64,000 bases of DNA from Synechococcales cyanobacterium GL140_1_metabinner_5_sub. Its GTDB lineage: Bacteria; Cyanobacteriota; Cyanobacteriia; Cyanobacteriales; Chamaesiphonaceae. The position numbers and the translations under genes were made by a program. Within the stretch, counting starts at the first letter, position 1. The number at the start of each line of letters is the position of its first letter. The notes under the pieces are model-generated. The model searched no databases. It saw only the letters and a program-made list of their open reading frames with translations, and was not told where the DNA came from. Shown here in pieces: positions 61,728-64,000 of this stretch. The stretch covers positions 22,571 to 86,570 of the forward strand of contig JANYHM010000093.1 of assembly GCA_025359065.1 (NCBI GenBank), read 5' to 3'.

Positions 61728-64000
61728 CTATTTTCCTGCCCGCAAAAACCGCAGTTTCTGAGATTTTTTGTTGCCCAGAAACTGGCGCAAAGACTCTAAA
61801 TAGATATAAAACACCGGGGTCAAATATAGGGTCAAGACCTGGGAAAACAACAGACCACCGACGATCGCAATTCCTAACGGTCGTCTTGCTTCTGAGCCGG
61901 AACCGGCTCCAATAGCAATCGGTACCGTACCAATCAATGCCGCCATCGTCGTCATCATAATTGGCCGAAAGCGCACCATACAAGCTTCGTAAATAGCTTC
62001 GATGGGAGATTGCACTCCTTGGCGCTGGCGCTCGATCGCAAAATCTACTAGCATAATACCGTTTTTCTTGACGATGCCAATTAGCAAGATAATCCCAATA
62101 AAGGAATAGAGATTTAGTTCTACTTGAAATACCAACAGGGTCAGCAATGCCCCAAAGCCGGCTGAGGGTAAGCCAGATAGGATGGTTAAAGGATGGATGA
62201 AGTCTTCATAGAGAATCCCGAGAATAAGATAAATTACCACAATCGACACTGCTAACAGCGTCCCCAAATCTTTAAAGGACTGATCGAAGGCTTGGGCTGC
62301 TCCTTGAAAACTCGCTGTTACAGTACTGGGTAAAACCTCGGCAGCGGCCTTTTTGATCAATTCTGTAGCGCTACTTAACGACACTCCCGGCGTGGTATCA
62401 AACGAAATCGTCGCAGAAGGTAAGCCCGATAGATGATTGACTGTCAATGGCCCAACACCTTGACTAACGGTCGCTACAGAACTGAGGGGCATGATTTGGC
62501 CAGCATTCGATCGCAGATACAAGGAAGATAAAGCCGTTGGATCGCTTTGATATTTTGGCTGTAATTCTAGAACTACTGGAAACTGATTGTTGGGGCCATA
62601 GATTGTTGAAACTTGTCCAGAACCGTAGGCGTTGCCTAATGTTCGTCCGACCTGTGCTGCATTAATTCCTAACGCTGCCGCTTTTTGATAGTCCACATCT
62701 ACTTTAATTTGGGGAGTCGCTAGTTGCAAATCGCTATCTACTCCGCGTAAGCCGGGGATAGCCCGGACTTTTTCTAGCAAAATTGGCATATATTGTCGTA
62801 ATTCAGCTAAGTCTAGACTCTGCACCGTGAGTTGGTACTGGGAATTGGTTTGTTGACCACCCAGAGGGATGGCAGCAGGCGCACGCAAGAAAGCCTGAAT
62901 TCCAGGAATTCCCCGAAGTTTGGGGCCAAGTTCTTGGATAATCTCTTCGGAACTTAATCGTTGCTCACGGGGTTTGAGGCGAATAGTGATCCGGCCACTA
63001 TTGACTGAACCGTTGGGACCACCGGAACCGACGGTGGAATTGACGGCGGCAATGTTGGGGTCTTTGCGAATGATATTGACAATCTGCTGTTGGTGGTTGA
63101 GCATGTCCTCAAAGGAAATATCTTGAGCTGCTTTGGTGTTGCCGGTAATTTGGCCGGTGTCTTCGTTAGGAATTAGACCCTTAGAAACTAGTGTAAATAG
63201 ATAGCCTGTTCCCAATAGCAGCATGAGAGATACGACGATCATTACACTGCGATATTTCAGAACTGGTCGTAAAGTCCAGGCGTAGCTCCGCAGGAGTAAA
63301 TCAAAACCTTTTTCTAAGCCCCGATATAGCAAGTTTGGTTTAGTTGGTGCCGAGGCTAAAAAGCGGCTACAGAGCATCGGGGTAAGGCTCAGGGAGACAA
63401 ATCCTGAAACTAAAATAGCGACAGTGATAGTGATGGCAAATTCAAAAAACAGTTTGCCAATTAAGCCGCCCATAAACATAATAGGGATAAACACTGCTAC
63501 CAGCGACAAAGTCATAGAAAGAATCGTAAAACTGATTTCCCGTGAACCTTGGTAAGCAGCAGTCATGGGGTCTTCGCCCATTTCTCGGTGTCTAATGATA
63601 TTTTCTAAGACTACAATCGCATCATCTACCACAAATCCCACAGACAGGGTTAACGCCATCAAGGACAAATTATTTAGAGAGAATTTCAACAGATACATCA
63701 CCGCAAAAGTCCCGATAATTGCCACCGGTATTGCTAAGCTAGGAATAATGGTAGCGGTAATATTGCGTAGAAATAAGAAGATGACCAAAACAACGAGGGC
63801 GATCGACAGAATCAGGGTAAATTTGACATCTTGTACTGACTCCCGGATGGAGAGGGATCGATCATAAAAGATGCCCATTTGAACTGATTGGGGCACCTGC
63901 TCCCGCAGGTTGGGCATCATAGCTTTAATTGCATCGACAATTTGGACGGTGTTGGCTCCGGGTTGGGGTTGGATTGCTAGAACGATCGCTTTTTTGTTGG
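61728..64000 (-). CDS. RND efflux transporter permease (AcrB/HAE1-like), C-terminal about 760 aa; gene continues past the window end
   Basis: Typical RND TM7-12 and porter-subdomain sequence. The ORF is open to the right edge of the window. Confidence 0.85.
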   Translation of the reverse strand, partial: NKKAIVLAIQPQPGANTVQIVDAIKAMMPNLREQVPQSVQMGIFYDRSLSIRESVQDVKFTLILSIALVVLVIFLFLRNITATIIPSLAIPVAIIGTFAVMYLLKFSLNNLSLMALTLSVGFVVDDAIVVLENIIRHREMGEDPMTAAYQGSREISFTILSMTLSLVAVFIPIMFMGGLIGKLFFEFAITITVAILVSGFVSLSLTPMLCSRFLASAPTKPNLLYRGLEKGFDLLLRSYAWTLRPVLKYRSVMIVVSLMLLLGTGYLFTLVSKGLIPNEDTGQITGNTKAAQDISFEDMLNHQQQIVNIIRKDPNIAAVNSTVGSGGPNGSVNSGRITIRLKPREQRLSSEEIIQELGPKLRGIPGIQAFLRAPAAIPLGGQQTNSQYQLTVQSLDLAELRQYMPILLEKVRAIPGLRGVDSDLQLATPQIKVDVDYQKAAALGINAAQVGRTLGNAYGSGQVSTIYGPNNQFPVVLELQPKYQSDPTALSSLYLRSNAGQIMPLSSVATVSQGVGPLTVNHLSGLPSATISFDTTPGVSLSSATELIKKAAAEVLPSTVTASFQGAAQAFDQSFKDLGTLLAVSIVVIYLILGILYEDFIHPLTILSGLPSAGFGALLTLLVFQVELNLYSFIGIILLIGIVKKNGIMLVDFAIERQRQGVQSPIEAIYEACMVRFRPIMMTTMAALIGTVPIAIGAGSGSEARRPLGIAIVGGLLFSQVLTLYLTPVFYIYLESLRQFLGNKKSQKLRFLRAGK

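Overview
This window looks like an origin-proximal chromosomal segment of a cyanobacterium. Cyanobacterial markers are psbZ, the orange carotenoid protein gene, crtW, sbtA/sbtB and a sucrose-phosphate phosphatase. The HIP1 octamer GCGATCGC occurs at least a dozen times, and overall GC is around 48-50%. The window opens inside dnaN, which lies on the minus strand, runs off the left edge and is absent from the ORF track. It also contains gyrA and comEC. Most of the rest is densely packed housekeeping genes (aroA, ribH, pyrG, pyrR, pgm, truB, prlC-like M3 oligopeptidase, FtsH, CCA enzyme, family-4 uracil-DNA glycosylase). Three functional groups stand out: photoprotection (crtW-OCP with its intrinsic terminator), carbon-concentrating or anion transport (sbtA-sbtB, a SulP/STAS transporter) and stress handling (Tat-exported Mn-SOD, an M48 peptidase next to an atypical FtsH paralog). 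I found no rRNA, tRNA, CRISPR array, transposase or integrase. The less ordinary parts are a CHAT-FHA caspase-like protein; a NitT/TauT-type ABC importer with an MBL-fold hydrolase gene embedded in the operon and a divergent desaturase-like gene beside it; a WD40 protein carrying only a degenerate kinase C-lobe; a membrane-anchored lambda-R-like (GH104) lysozyme; two fatty-acid-desaturase family genes; a 1354-aa polytopic membrane protein after gyrA; and several AT-richer islets (37.4-39.1 kb, 45.8-46.9 kb, 56.5-61.6 kb). Several strong stem-loops sit at gene ends. CDS coordinates follow the supplied ORF track. Where homology pointed to a later Met I moved the start. Hairpin and repeat coordinates come from my own reading and may be off by 1-2 nt. 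All family assignments come from motif recognition by eye, not from database searches.
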